From Clostridiales bacterium (GTDB lineage: Bacteria > Bacillota > Clostridia > Christensenellales > UBA3700): DNA of 64,000 nucleotides. A program made the translations under genes and the position numbers. The notes beneath the pieces are model-generated. The model worked only from the letters and a program-made list of their open reading frames with translations, was not told the origin of the DNA and searched no databases. The stretch covers positions 5,390 through 69,389 of the forward strand of contig SVHF01000004.1 of assembly GCA_015055975.1 (NCBI GenBank). Direction: 5' to 3'. Position 1 is the stretch's first letter; each line of letters begins with the position of its first letter. Positions 17,867 through 27,064 of this stretch are shown piece by piece.

Positions 17867-18880
17867 CTATTTAACTAAAGAATCATAATCAATTCTTTGC
17901 CCTTCATAATAGAAGGTGATGTTGCTTGGGTATTGGAACGCACCTTTTTCTATAGTAGGTTTGCTATGCACAAATCTTACTTCTGTAATTCCTGTACAAC
18001 CAAGGAACGCATTTGCTGCAATCTTCTTTGCATTGTAGATTTGCACATATTTTAAATTTGCACAACTCTCTACTGTGTTTGCTTTAATTTTGCTTGTATC
18101 TAATATTATTGATTGCAAATTGCTGCAACTTTCTATTGCTTTGCTTTCAATATTTTTTGCTTCTATATCCAAACTATATAAAGTTCTTGCGTTATAGAAT
18201 GCTAAAGACTCAACTTTATCTAAGTTATAGATTCTAACCGTTGGCACATTAGAATTACTAAATGCTTCCGATTTAATTCCTTTAATCTTAGTTGCCGAAT
18301 TCGTAAAATCTAAACCTCCGCTAACATATGAAGCAACTTTCTTTATATACAACTTTCCAACTGAAACTTCTTGAAGAGTTACTCCTTGATAATAAGCAGA
18401 TTCACCAGTGTTATTCCCTATCCAAATTTCAGTTTGTTGATAGAATGGTAAATAGATAGAGTATATTGCCCCCGTTATAACTAAAAGTAATATTGCAAAC
18501 ACTCCAACAACTGCCCACATTTTATTTGAAGAATCATGGACTTTAGCTGAACTTGCTTTCTTTGTTTTTAATTCTTTAACATTTTGAACATCTATTTGTT
18601 CGCAATTTGGATCAACGCTAATAATTTTTGATTTTCCAAAAGTCTCTCCTGTTTTTGCATATTGGCCTTCAACTGTTACTTGCTTTGTTTCTATAACATT
18701 ACCTGTTGAATCTTTTACGACAAGTGAGTATGAAACGCCATATACAGGGGTTTGTAATCCGTTTCTAAATTCTACTAAAACTTCTTTTTTGTCATCTTCT
18801 GTATAGATAACATATCTTGTTGCACAAAGGGTTTTAGGATTCGCGTTAAGCACGCAGGCTTTATAAATAATCTTAGCCAT
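17867..18880 (-). CDS. single-pass membrane protein with an extracellular BspA-type leucine-rich repeat domain
   Basis: 337 aa with a central TM helix (MWAVVGVFAILLLVITGAIY). The C-terminal repeats have the form xAFxxCxNLxxI (ESLAFYNARTLYSL, SKAIESCSNLQSI, ANAFLGCTGITEV). Confidence 0.75.
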   Translation of the reverse strand: MAKIIYKACVLNANPKTLCATRYVIYTEDDKKEVLVEFRNGLQTPVYGVSYSLVVKDSTGNVIETKQVTVEGQYAKTGETFGKSKIISVDPNCEQIDVQNVKELKTKKASSAKVHDSSNKMWAVVGVFAILLLVITGAIYSIYLPFYQQTEIWIGNNTGESAYYQGVTLQEVSVGKLYIKKVASYVSGGLDFTNSATKIKGIKSEAFSNSNVPTVRIYNLDKVESLAFYNARTLYSLDIEAKNIESKAIESCSNLQSIILDTSKIKANTVESCANLKYVQIYNAKKIAANAFLGCTGITEVRFVHSKPTIEKGAFQYPSNITFYYEGQRIDYDSLVK

Positions 18881-19628
18881 TCTTCTTTACCCCCTTTTGT
18901 TGCTTATATTTAATCTTTGGACAAAATGTTATTTTTGTAAAAGCCCACATAATTCCAACGCAGGCAAAATATGAAAGTATTGGGACTACTAGCGCCGCTA
19001 TGCTATATGTTAGTTCATAATTCTTATTCCACAAAACCATAAAAGATGAATCACTACCATATATTCCAAGAGCTAAAAACCCAATAGTCGTTAATGCAGC
19101 TGGAAGCATAGTTAAAGAAGCTACAAATGAATATGATGTAATTTGCTTTTTTGCAATGCTGTGCTCGTTAATTTTTACATCGTCTACATTTAAAACTTTG
19201 ATTTGAATTGCTTTCGTTCTTTCAGATAAACGAATTAAATCTAATTCATTATTAGATACTTCTCTTTGTGTGACTATAATTGTCTTAAATGGTTCAAAAC
19301 CTTCTTCTTTTTCATCAAACATTGTAACTTCGTAAACAATACGTTCAACTTTTGTTGCCAATATTGCTCTTAAATAGCAATTGATTCCCTTTGTCATTAC
19401 AACGGCTTTGTTGATGTACTTTTGAGATAATTCATCATTTACTTGGAAAATCATGACCCTTCCATCTACACTTCTGTCGTCTTTAATCATAGTATCTGGA
19501 TCTTTAAACACTTTCTTATTCATGAAGAACTTCTTTGGGTATACGAAAAAGTTTAATGAAAGCATAACTATGAATAATGCGGCAAATAGACCGACGAAAT
19601 AGTCTATTTCAATAAGATCAAATAACAT
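18873..19628 (-). CDS. hypothetical membrane protein (251 aa; TM, ~130-aa soluble domain, 2-3 TM), first gene of the operon
   Basis: GAGAGGGA RBS. A ~190-bp promoter-bearing intergenic region lies upstream. Confidence 0.7.
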   Translation of the reverse strand: MLFDLIEIDYFVGLFAALFIVMLSLNFFVYPKKFFMNKKVFKDPDTMIKDDRSVDGRVMIFQVNDELSQKYINKAVVMTKGINCYLRAILATKVERIVYEVTMFDEKEEGFEPFKTIIVTQREVSNNELDLIRLSERTKAIQIKVLNVDDVKINEHSIAKKQITSYSFVASLTMLPAALTTIGFLALGIYGSDSSFMVLWNKNYELTYSIAALVVPILSYFACVGIMWAFTKITFCPKIKYKQQKGVKKNG

Positions 19629-19730
19629 TAGTCCCTCTCTTTTTTAATATAGTTAGTTCGTTAGTTTTTCATTGATTGCGAATATTTTAATTGCCGTGCT
19701 TTCTAGATAAGCTTGCGCTCGCATTTTTCT

Positions 19731-19759
19731 ATTATAGATAAAAATAGGGGCGCGCGCAA
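19731..19759 (-). promoter_or_regulatory. candidate sigma70 promoter of the 8-gene operon (TTGCGC, 17-nt spacer, TATAAT)
   Basis: Hexamers at 19759-19754 and 19736-19731 on the minus strand, about 100 nt upstream of the first ATG. Confidence 0.45.
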
Positions 19760-19819
19760 TATAATATATCACAACGCTTCCCCTATATACTAAACACTCA
19801 TGTTTAAAATAAACAAAAA

Positions 19820-20515
19820 TTACAATAATTTTTCAATATCTTTGAATAATACCTCATCAAAAGGCTCTAAATTGTCTTTATCTCTTACAATATTTCCTGT
19901 TAAATAGAACTTTATTCCAAGTTCTCTTGCAGCTTTTCCGTCTTCTTTTTCAGAATTTCCAAAATATATAACTTCATCTTCTTTTAAATCAAGTTTGTCT
20001 AGAACTTCTTTTATGAACATCTTATTTGGCTTTGCGTAATGTGCTGTTTCATAGCATGAAATATAATCAAAAGACTTAGGATCTATTCCTGTAAATCCAA
20101 TTCTTGTTAACATCCCTACCATTGGGAAAACTGGGTTTGCTACAAGCACAATCTTATCTACTTTCTTCTTTATTGAATCAATGATTTTTTGTGCATTTTC
20201 ATGAGGCGCATCGCAAAATTGAATTGCTTTTTTAAACTCCGTTGCATAAAAGTCATGGAACCCTTTGTGTAAGGCTTCTTTGTCTTTATCTGGAAATAAC
20301 GATGAAAACGCATTCCAAAAAGCTTCTTCGCAAGTCAATTTTCCATCGTTTTTTCTCATTGCATCCGTGCCTATCCAAATAGCTTTTACAAATTCGTCCT
20401 TATCAAAATTAAATGGGGCCATAAACTTGTAAAGATATCCAAAATAACCTTTAACGAATTTGTCTTCATCCATTGGCAAAAGTGTGCCATCCAAATCAAA
20501 TAATACCGCCTTCAT
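19820..20515 (-). CDS. HAD-superfamily hydrolase
   Basis: 231 aa. Motif I is AVLFDLDGTLL. The later motifs are consistent with the HAD family. Confidence 0.8.
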   Translation of the reverse strand: MKAVLFDLDGTLLPMDEDKFVKGYFGYLYKFMAPFNFDKDEFVKAIWIGTDAMRKNDGKLTCEEAFWNAFSSLFPDKDKEALHKGFHDFYATEFKKAIQFCDAPHENAQKIIDSIKKKVDKIVLVANPVFPMVGMLTRIGFTGIDPKSFDYISCYETAHYAKPNKMFIKEVLDKLDLKEDEVIYFGNSEKEDGKAARELGIKFYLTGNIVRDKDNLEPFDEVLFKDIEKLL

Positions 20516-20572
20516 TTTTAGCTCCTTAAATCTACGATTTATATTATAATCTTTCCTTTATTTATTATCAAT

Positions 20573-20608
20573 AAAAAATTGGGCTAAAGCTTTTATGCTC
20601 TAGCCCAA
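20573..20608 (-). terminator. intrinsic terminator after the DUF975-like gene
   Basis: TTGGGCTA...TAGCCCAA stem followed by a T-run on the minus strand. Confidence 0.55.
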
Positions 20609-20633
20609 ATATTTCAACAATTTATTTTATTAA

Positions 20634-21359
20634 TTATTCAGCTTTTTCGTCGAAGATTTCAGCTTCTTTATCTGTTACTTCGCCTTCAATTACTTCGCCT
20701 TCTTCTGCTACTGGTTCTTCACCCTTTATTAATTCTAGATAGAAGTTTGCTTTTGTCATTTCATAATATGGTCTTACCCAAAGTGTACCAACAAATAAGC
20801 ATAAAAATCCGACAATCCACCATCCAATAAAGCTTAAATCAAGTACGAATAAATCCCACTTATGTCCTTTCATGATTGCTTGGCTCTTATCTAAGCAATA
20901 TTTCCAATCCTTGTTTGGTTGGTCTTGTTGAATATAGAAAGCCATTGAATAAGCATAATATTTAATAATACCTGGAATAATTAGAAGTAATGCCCATAAG
21001 AATACAAAAATCGAAGATAATACTTGCAATAAAATTGCATCTCCAAAGGAATCTTTGAATCCATCAAATAGATTAGACAAATCTGCCTTCTCATTTTTTC
21101 TTGCAGCAGTTATCGCTACTCTTGCTGCACCATATGTTAATGGGCCTGTAACTATTAATGCTGCGATAGAAATAATTACATTAAATGATACTCTAATACC
21201 ATCTAAGCCATCTAGATTATATGGAACAGATCCTGATACTGCGCCAAGTAGCAATCCCAAAATAAGGAATGCTAAAAGCATATTCAACCAACGATCTCCA
21301 AATAATTTATGGCCTAATTGATCTTTTGCTCTCTCTTTTAATTCTGCTCTTGTTGCCAT
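20634..21359 (-). CDS. DUF975-like integral membrane protein
   Basis: 241 aa. The N-terminal TRAELKERAKDQL signature plus multiple TM helices match my recollection of DUF975. Confidence 0.7.
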   Translation of the reverse strand: MATRAELKERAKDQLGHKLFGDRWLNMLLAFLILGLLLGAVSGSVPYNLDGLDGIRVSFNVIISIAALIVTGPLTYGAARVAITAARKNEKADLSNLFDGFKDSFGDAILLQVLSSIFVFLWALLLIIPGIIKYYAYSMAFYIQQDQPNKDWKYCLDKSQAIMKGHKWDLFVLDLSFIGWWIVGFLCLFVGTLWVRPYYEMTKANFYLELIKGEEPVAEEGEVIEGEVTDKEAEIFDEKAE

Positions 21360-21465
21360 AATTAAAATCTCCTTTAAAATTGATTACAACTTTATTATAT
21401 ATCGCGCGCGACTCTAAATCAATTTTTTGCGGTTTTCCCAGCCTTTTTAATGCCATTTATAACAC

Positions 21466-21489
21466 AAAAAGCGCCACAATCGTGGCGCC
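21466..21489 (-). terminator. intrinsic terminator after the EEP gene
   Basis: The minus strand reads GGCGCCAC-GATT-GTGGCGC followed by TTTTT. Confidence 0.7.
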
Positions 21490-21509
21490 TTCTATCCTAG
21501 GATTTATTG

Positions 21510-22703
21510 TTATCCAATTAATTCAAACTCAATGTATACTGGTTCGTGATCTGAAAATGCATAACCATCAACGCCCTTTACACCATTTTTAGTTTGAATA
21601 GCTTCAATCTTATTTACTTTAATATTGTTTGAAGCAATATAACCATCAACAGCACAGACATATGTTGAACCTGGTACCCATTCCATATCATTGTTTCTAC
21701 ATGTTGGATTATTCTCTGCTGCATAAATTGTGTAGCCATCAATAATTGGAGATTTTCCCTCTTCATTAAACATATATGCTACCCAATCTGGAGCTTTCTT
21801 TTGTTGCCAAATTGCTGAGTGAGTTTCTGCGTTTTCATACCAATGTGGCTTGTTTTCTGATGTGTAAGAATACATTGGGTTATATGTAATTAAGTCGTGG
21901 TTGAAATCCCCTCCTACTAATACATAGTGGCCTTCATCTTGGCAAGCTTTTAAGAAGTTATTTAATTCTTGCATTTGCTTTTCTCTAATTGTGCCACCTT
22001 TATCGTATGCAGACATGTGAGAATTAACAATATATAAATTCTTTTCATTTGTAACCTTTACTACGCATACAGAAAAACATCTATCTAGATCGAATAGTTT
22101 TGAGAATGAATCTGAAACTGTATATTGTTTTCTTTGAGCAGATTGAATCTTATATTTAGATAAAGATGTTAATCCTGCATTAACATAACCATGCATATCA
22201 TTTAGTGGATATGGTAAAAATGGAGCATGGAAGTTTACACAATGAACTGAATCAAATGCCTCAAAGTTTTCAACTATTTTTTCATGTTGATTTACTTTGT
22301 AAGAACGAGAAGATTTTGTATCTACTTCTTGGAATAGCATAAAATCTGGGCTCAATTCTTTAACGGCATTTATTGCACCGGCTGTGTCTGTTTCTACATA
22401 TTCTTTAGAAAACGCTTTGCCGTATTTACCACAAGTCTCGTTACCATATTCATCGTAGCCTGTATCCATAAAGAATGTGTAATCTTGAGAATATGCACCA
22501 AACCCTATGTTATATGTTGTACATGAATACTGTGTATTCACATCTACATACTCAAGCGTTGATTTCGAATCAATACTTAGGTCCATATCGCCTAATCTTG
22601 AATAACTTAAAAAGATATACCCTACATAGCCACCAGCTAGAACTATTATCAAACCAATAACTATTGCTATGGTAATTAACGAGATTTTTAAACCTTTTTT
22701 CAT
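21510..22703 (-). CDS. membrane-anchored endonuclease/exonuclease/phosphatase (EEP) family protein
   Basis: 397 aa with an N-terminal TM helix. LFQEVD, GGDFNHD and SDHEPV motifs are typical of the EEP fold. Confidence 0.75.
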   Translation of the reverse strand: MKKGLKISLITIAIVIGLIIVLAGGYVGYIFLSYSRLGDMDLSIDSKSTLEYVDVNTQYSCTTYNIGFGAYSQDYTFFMDTGYDEYGNETCGKYGKAFSKEYVETDTAGAINAVKELSPDFMLFQEVDTKSSRSYKVNQHEKIVENFEAFDSVHCVNFHAPFLPYPLNDMHGYVNAGLTSLSKYKIQSAQRKQYTVSDSFSKLFDLDRCFSVCVVKVTNEKNLYIVNSHMSAYDKGGTIREKQMQELNNFLKACQDEGHYVLVGGDFNHDLITYNPMYSYTSENKPHWYENAETHSAIWQQKKAPDWVAYMFNEEGKSPIIDGYTIYAAENNPTCRNNDMEWVPGSTYVCAVDGYIASNNIKVNKIEAIQTKNGVKGVDGYAFSDHEPVYIEFELIG

Positions 22704-22852
22704 AAACTTTCCCCTTTACCTTTCGGCATTTTAATTATACTTTTATTTTATATATAATTTCAATACAGACAATTTACATGCAAATTTTACAATTATTTAG
22801 TTTCATATTCTATATGAAGTATGGTAATATAATATTGACATCCGAATATATC

Positions 22853-22947
22853 CTTTCTTGTAACTGACGGAATTGTGGGATACCACAGGGGAGCAAGAAA
22901 GTTTTCAGTCGACCGTCTGGGCAAAATTGTAGCTCGGGTCGATTTTT
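22853..22947 (+). promoter_or_regulatory. ZTP (pfl-motif) riboswitch with a terminator expression platform
   Basis: - P1: CTTTCTTG (22853-22860) pairs with CAAGAAAG (22894-22901).
- Conserved ACUGACGG...GUGGGAUACCAC.GGGGAGC.
- 3' subdomain CCGUCUGGGCA (22913-22923).
- GACGG and CCGUC can pair with each other.
- TCGACC...GGGTCGA plus TTTTT (22909-22947) overlaps the 3' subdomain. Confidence 0.8.
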
Positions 22948-22964
22948 GTTAATTGGAGGTATCT

Positions 22965-25190
22965 ATGGAAGCTTGGAGAGGTTTTATTGAAGGCAATTGG
23001 AATAATGAAATTGACGTCAGAAATTTCATTTCATTAAATTACACCCCTTATCTTGATGGTCCAGAATTCTTACAAGGACCAACTGAAAGAACTAAGAGGG
23101 TTTCAAAACGTTTAGACGATTTGCTTCGTCAAGAATTTAAAAAAGGTGGAGTTTTAGATGTAGACACACATACTGTATCTACAGTCTTTGCGTTCCAACC
23201 TGGATATGTTATTAAAGAAGACGACATCATTGTTGGTCTTCAAACTGATGCACCACTAAAGAGAGCCATTTCTCCATTCGCAGGCTTTAGAATGAGTGAA
23301 CAAGCTTGTAAAGCTTATGGCTATGAAATTGGTGAAAATATCAGAGACGAATTCAAATATAGAACAACACATAACACAGCTGTTTTCAAAGCATACACAG
23401 ATGATATGAAAAGAGCTAGACACTGCGGTATCTTAACTGGTCTTCCAGATGCTTACGGAAGAGGTAGAATCATTGGAGATTATAGACGTATTGCCCTATA
23501 TGGTATGGACTATCTTATGGAGCAAAAGAAAAAAGATAAAGCAAATCTTGGTCTTAATGAAATGAGCGAAGAAAACATTCACCTAATTGAAGATGTTGCA
23601 AAGCAATTAGACTTCATGCAAGCTTTAAAAGATCAAGCTGCCCTATACGGCTATGATATCTCAAAGCCAGCAACGAATGCTAAAGAGGCTATTCAATGGT
23701 TGTATTTTGGTTATCTTGGCGCAGTTAAAGAACAAAACGGTGCTGCAAACTCAATTGGTAGAATTACTACATTTTTAGATATCTATATTCAAAGAGATAT
23801 AAACGAAGGAACTCTAACAGAAGCAGGAGCTCAAGAGCTTATCGATGACTTAGTTGTAAAACTAAGACTTGTAAGACACTTACGTACTCCTGAATATAAC
23901 GAACTATTTGCTGGAGATCCAACATGGGTTACAACTTCTGAAGGTGGTATCGGAGAAGATGGTAGACCACTTTTAACAAAGACAAGTTATAGAATGCTTC
24001 AAACTCTATACAACCTTGGACCATCAGCTGAACCAAACATCACTATTTTGTGGTCAGAAGATTTGCCAAAGCCATTTAAAGAATTCTGTGCACAAGTTTC
24101 TATCGATACAGATTCTATTCAATATGAAAATGATGACGTTATGAGAAAGACTTATGGCGACGATTATGCTATTGCCTGCTGCGTATCTGCAATGAAAGTT
24201 GGTAAGCAAATGCAATTCTTCGGCGCTCGTTGTAATTTGGCAAAAGTTCTACTTATGTCACTAAATGGTGGTAAGGATGAAATCCATGGAATACAAGTTG
24301 CTCCAGAAGGCAAAGTATATGACGAAGAACCTTTAAAATATGAAGATGTATTAGAATCTTTCGAATTCTACGCAGCTTGGATGGCTAAGTTATATGTAAA
24401 TACAATGAATGTTATTCACTATATGCATGACAAATACGCATATGAAAGATTAATGATGTCTCTTCACGATACAAACGTTGAAAGATTAATGGCATTTGGT
24501 ATTTCAGGACTATCTGTTTTAGTTGATTCACTATCTGCTATTAAATATGCAAAGGTAACACCAATTAAGGATGAAAGAGGTATTATTACTGAATTCAAGA
24601 CTGAAGGCGAATTCCCTAAATATGGTAACGATGATGACAGAGTAGATAGAATTGCTAAATGGGTAACAGAATTCTTCTATAACGAACTTTGCAAGACAAA
24701 GGCATATAGAGGAGCTCATCATACACTATCTATCTTAACTATTACATCAAATGTTATGTATGGTAAAAAGACTGGTGCTACTCCAGATGGAAGAAAAGCA
24801 GGTGAACCATTTGCTCCTGGTGCAAACCCAATGCATGGAAGAGATTCTCAAGGTGCTTTAGCTTCACTAAATTCTGTTGCAAAACTTGAATATAGCTGCT
24901 GCAGAGATGGTATTTCTAATACATTCTCTATCACTCCAAATACACTTGGTAAAACAAACAAAGATAGAGTTGATCACTTGGTATCTATTTTGGATGGCTA
25001 CTTCATTCAAAATGCTCACCACTTAAATGTTAACGTTCTAAATAGAGAAAAGCTTATTGATGCTATGGAAAATCCTACAAAATATCCAAACCTAACTATA
25101 AGAGTTTCTGGATATGCAGTAAACTTCAATAAACTATCTTTAGAACAAAAGAAGGAAGTTATATCTAGAACATTCCACGAAAAGATGTAA
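22965..25190 (+). CDS. pflB: formate C-acetyltransferase (pyruvate formate-lyase)
   Basis: Start trimmed to the ATG at 22965, after GGAGG. Has the glycyl-radical C-terminus (RVSGYAVNF) and the Cys-Cys active site (IACCVSAM). Confidence 0.95.
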   Translation: MEAWRGFIEGNWNNEIDVRNFISLNYTPYLDGPEFLQGPTERTKRVSKRLDDLLRQEFKKGGVLDVDTHTVSTVFAFQPGYVIKEDDIIVGLQTDAPLKRAISPFAGFRMSEQACKAYGYEIGENIRDEFKYRTTHNTAVFKAYTDDMKRARHCGILTGLPDAYGRGRIIGDYRRIALYGMDYLMEQKKKDKANLGLNEMSEENIHLIEDVAKQLDFMQALKDQAALYGYDISKPATNAKEAIQWLYFGYLGAVKEQNGAANSIGRITTFLDIYIQRDINEGTLTEAGAQELIDDLVVKLRLVRHLRTPEYNELFAGDPTWVTTSEGGIGEDGRPLLTKTSYRMLQTLYNLGPSAEPNITILWSEDLPKPFKEFCAQVSIDTDSIQYENDDVMRKTYGDDYAIACCVSAMKVGKQMQFFGARCNLAKVLLMSLNGGKDEIHGIQVAPEGKVYDEEPLKYEDVLESFEFYAAWMAKLYVNTMNVIHYMHDKYAYERLMMSLHDTNVERLMAFGISGLSVLVDSLSAIKYAKVTPIKDERGIITEFKTEGEFPKYGNDDDRVDRIAKWVTEFFYNELCKTKAYRGAHHTLSILTITSNVMYGKKTGATPDGRKAGEPFAPGANPMHGRDSQGALASLNSVAKLEYSCCRDGISNTFSITPNTLGKTNKDRVDHLVSILDGYFIQNAHHLNVNVLNREKLIDAMENPTKYPNLTIRVSGYAVNFNKLSLEQKKEVISRTFHEKM

Positions 25191-25191
25191 T

Positions 25192-25908
25192 ATGAGAATT
25201 CATTCTTTTGAATCATTAGCAACATTAGATGGAGATGGCGTTAGATACGCCATCTACCTAAATGGTTGCCCTCTTCGTTGTGTATATTGTCATAACCCTG
25301 ACACTTGGGGCGTTTCTGGCGAAGATTATTCAGCCGAAGACCTATTTAACAAGATTAAACGTTATAAGCCTTATTTCGGCCAAAATGGAGGTGTAACATT
25401 CTCTGGTGGCGAGCCACTTCTTTCTGCACATTTTATAAATGAGGTAGCTCCCCTATTAAAAGAAGCTAACATTAATTATGCACTAGATACATCTGGACAA
25501 GTTGACATGAATGAAGAAACTAAAAAAGCTATTACAAATTCTGAACTTGTCATTCTTGATTTGAAGTTTTGGGACAATGATTCATATTTTAAATACACAG
25601 GAAAGACTATGGCAAAGACTTTAACTACCCTATATTTTTTAAATGCCATTCAAAAAAGAACTTGGATAAGAACGGTTATTGTTCCAGGGATTAACGATTC
25701 AAAAGAAGCATTAGATAAATATATTGAAATTCTTAAGTTGTATCCATTTATTGAAAAATATGAATTATTAGCCTTCCACACAATGGGCTTTTTTAAATAC
25801 GAAAATCTTGGTATAGATAATCCACTTAAAGATGTTCCGCCAATGGATCAAGATAAATTAAAAGACCTTCAATCTTACGTTGATTCTAGGCTAAAAAACT
25901 CAAATTAA
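25192..25908 (+). CDS. pflA: pyruvate formate-lyase activating enzyme (radical SAM)
   Basis: 238 aa with the CPLRCVYCHN CxxxCxxC motif. It starts immediately after pflB. Confidence 0.92.
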   Translation: MRIHSFESLATLDGDGVRYAIYLNGCPLRCVYCHNPDTWGVSGEDYSAEDLFNKIKRYKPYFGQNGGVTFSGGEPLLSAHFINEVAPLLKEANINYALDTSGQVDMNEETKKAITNSELVILDLKFWDNDSYFKYTGKTMAKTLTTLYFLNAIQKRTWIRTVIVPGINDSKEALDKYIEILKLYPFIEKYELLAFHTMGFFKYENLGIDNPLKDVPPMDQDKLKDLQSYVDSRLKNSN

Positions 25909-26028
25909 TCCCCCATCTGAAAAATTGTTAGTCTTCCCTAACAAATTTCTTGATTTTACCCTTTTATTTTGCTATCTTTTTATAGGTTGAATTTTTCAAA
26001 AAAATTTTAACTTAGGAGGGTTATTTAA

Positions 26029-26994
26029 ATGAGTAAGAAACTTACTAACAAATTTTTATTGCTTACTGTAGTTCTTGTTATTCTAGCTTCTATGTTATTC
26101 ATTGGCGTTTTAGCAAACAATTCATTTGCTCACGCTGATGAAGTAGATGAATACCAAGAAGTATATGTAACTTACAACAATCAGTTCAACGTATGGGGTA
26201 AAACAGTTCTTGTTGATATCTCTGAAATCAGTCGTCCATATCCTACTCTTGAAGTAATTATTTTGAACACTGTTGAAAACATCATATTTACTGATGGTGG
26301 TCAAAATATTAAACTTTATGATACCAAAATCACAATCAATCAAAGATCATCAGATTTAAATGTTTACATTGATGGTTTTGATTTTGAAGCAAAAGACAAC
26401 TCAACTGCTATTATCAACAAGTCAACTAACGGAACTGTTAACTTCATTAACAATGGTACTAGCCCAGTTGTTATTACAGGTGGCACAAGAACAAATTCTG
26501 GAAGCTTTGAAGATGGTCTAGGAATAAGCGGTATCTTATACACAAAGGGAAACATTTCTTTTGCTGGAGAAGCTGGTTTCGAAATTAAAGGATCTGGCCT
26601 TCTTACATCAACAACATATCTTGGAAATCTTCACTATGGTAACACTGGTTTACAAGTTAATGGCAATAAAAAAGTATATGTTAACACAACTCTAGACATC
26701 ACAGGCGGAAAAGGATTAGATGGAGCATACATCCCTGGCCTAATCGGATTTGATGGCGGACATGGCGGATATGCATTTGATGGATCAAATGCTCAAATTA
26801 TCATTGGAGATGCAGGTTATCTAACACTTAAAGGTGGTAATGGCGGAAACGGTGCTTCACAATTTGGAAACAGCGGAACAGTTGGCGGCGCTGGTAAAGG
26901 ATGTGCAGCTTACAAGAACTCTATCCACGTAAATGATACTTCAAAGTTCGAATATGAAGCTGGAGAAGATGGACAACCTGGATTCCGTCGTTAA
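26029..26994 (+). CDS. secreted hypothetical protein with a Gly-rich C-terminal third
   Basis: AGGAGGG RBS. Signal peptide ending in NSFAHA. C-terminal GGKGLDG, DGGHGGYAFDG, KGGNGGNGAS and GGAGKG repeats. Confidence 0.7.
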   Translation: MSKKLTNKFLLLTVVLVILASMLFIGVLANNSFAHADEVDEYQEVYVTYNNQFNVWGKTVLVDISEISRPYPTLEVIILNTVENIIFTDGGQNIKLYDTKITINQRSSDLNVYIDGFDFEAKDNSTAIINKSTNGTVNFINNGTSPVVITGGTRTNSGSFEDGLGISGILYTKGNISFAGEAGFEIKGSGLLTSTTYLGNLHYGNTGLQVNGNKKVYVNTTLDITGGKGLDGAYIPGLIGFDGGHGGYAFDGSNAQIIIGDAGYLTLKGGNGGNGASQFGNSGTVGGAGKGCAAYKNSIHVNDTSKFEYEAGEDGQPGFRR

Positions 26995-27022
26995 TTAATC
27001 ATTTAGTTAACACATCAAAAAT

Positions 27023-27049
27023 AGAAGGAGCTGCTTTTCAGCTCCTTCT
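27023..27049. terminator. bidirectional hairpin between convergent genes
   Basis: AGAAGGAGCTG-cttt-CAGCTCCTTCT. Confidence 0.65.
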
Positions 27050-27064
27050 TTATTGTATTTATCC

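Noticed and set aside
21380-21592. 70-aa plus-strand ORF
   Set aside because: It spans an intergenic terminator and the 3' end of the EEP gene on the opposite strand.
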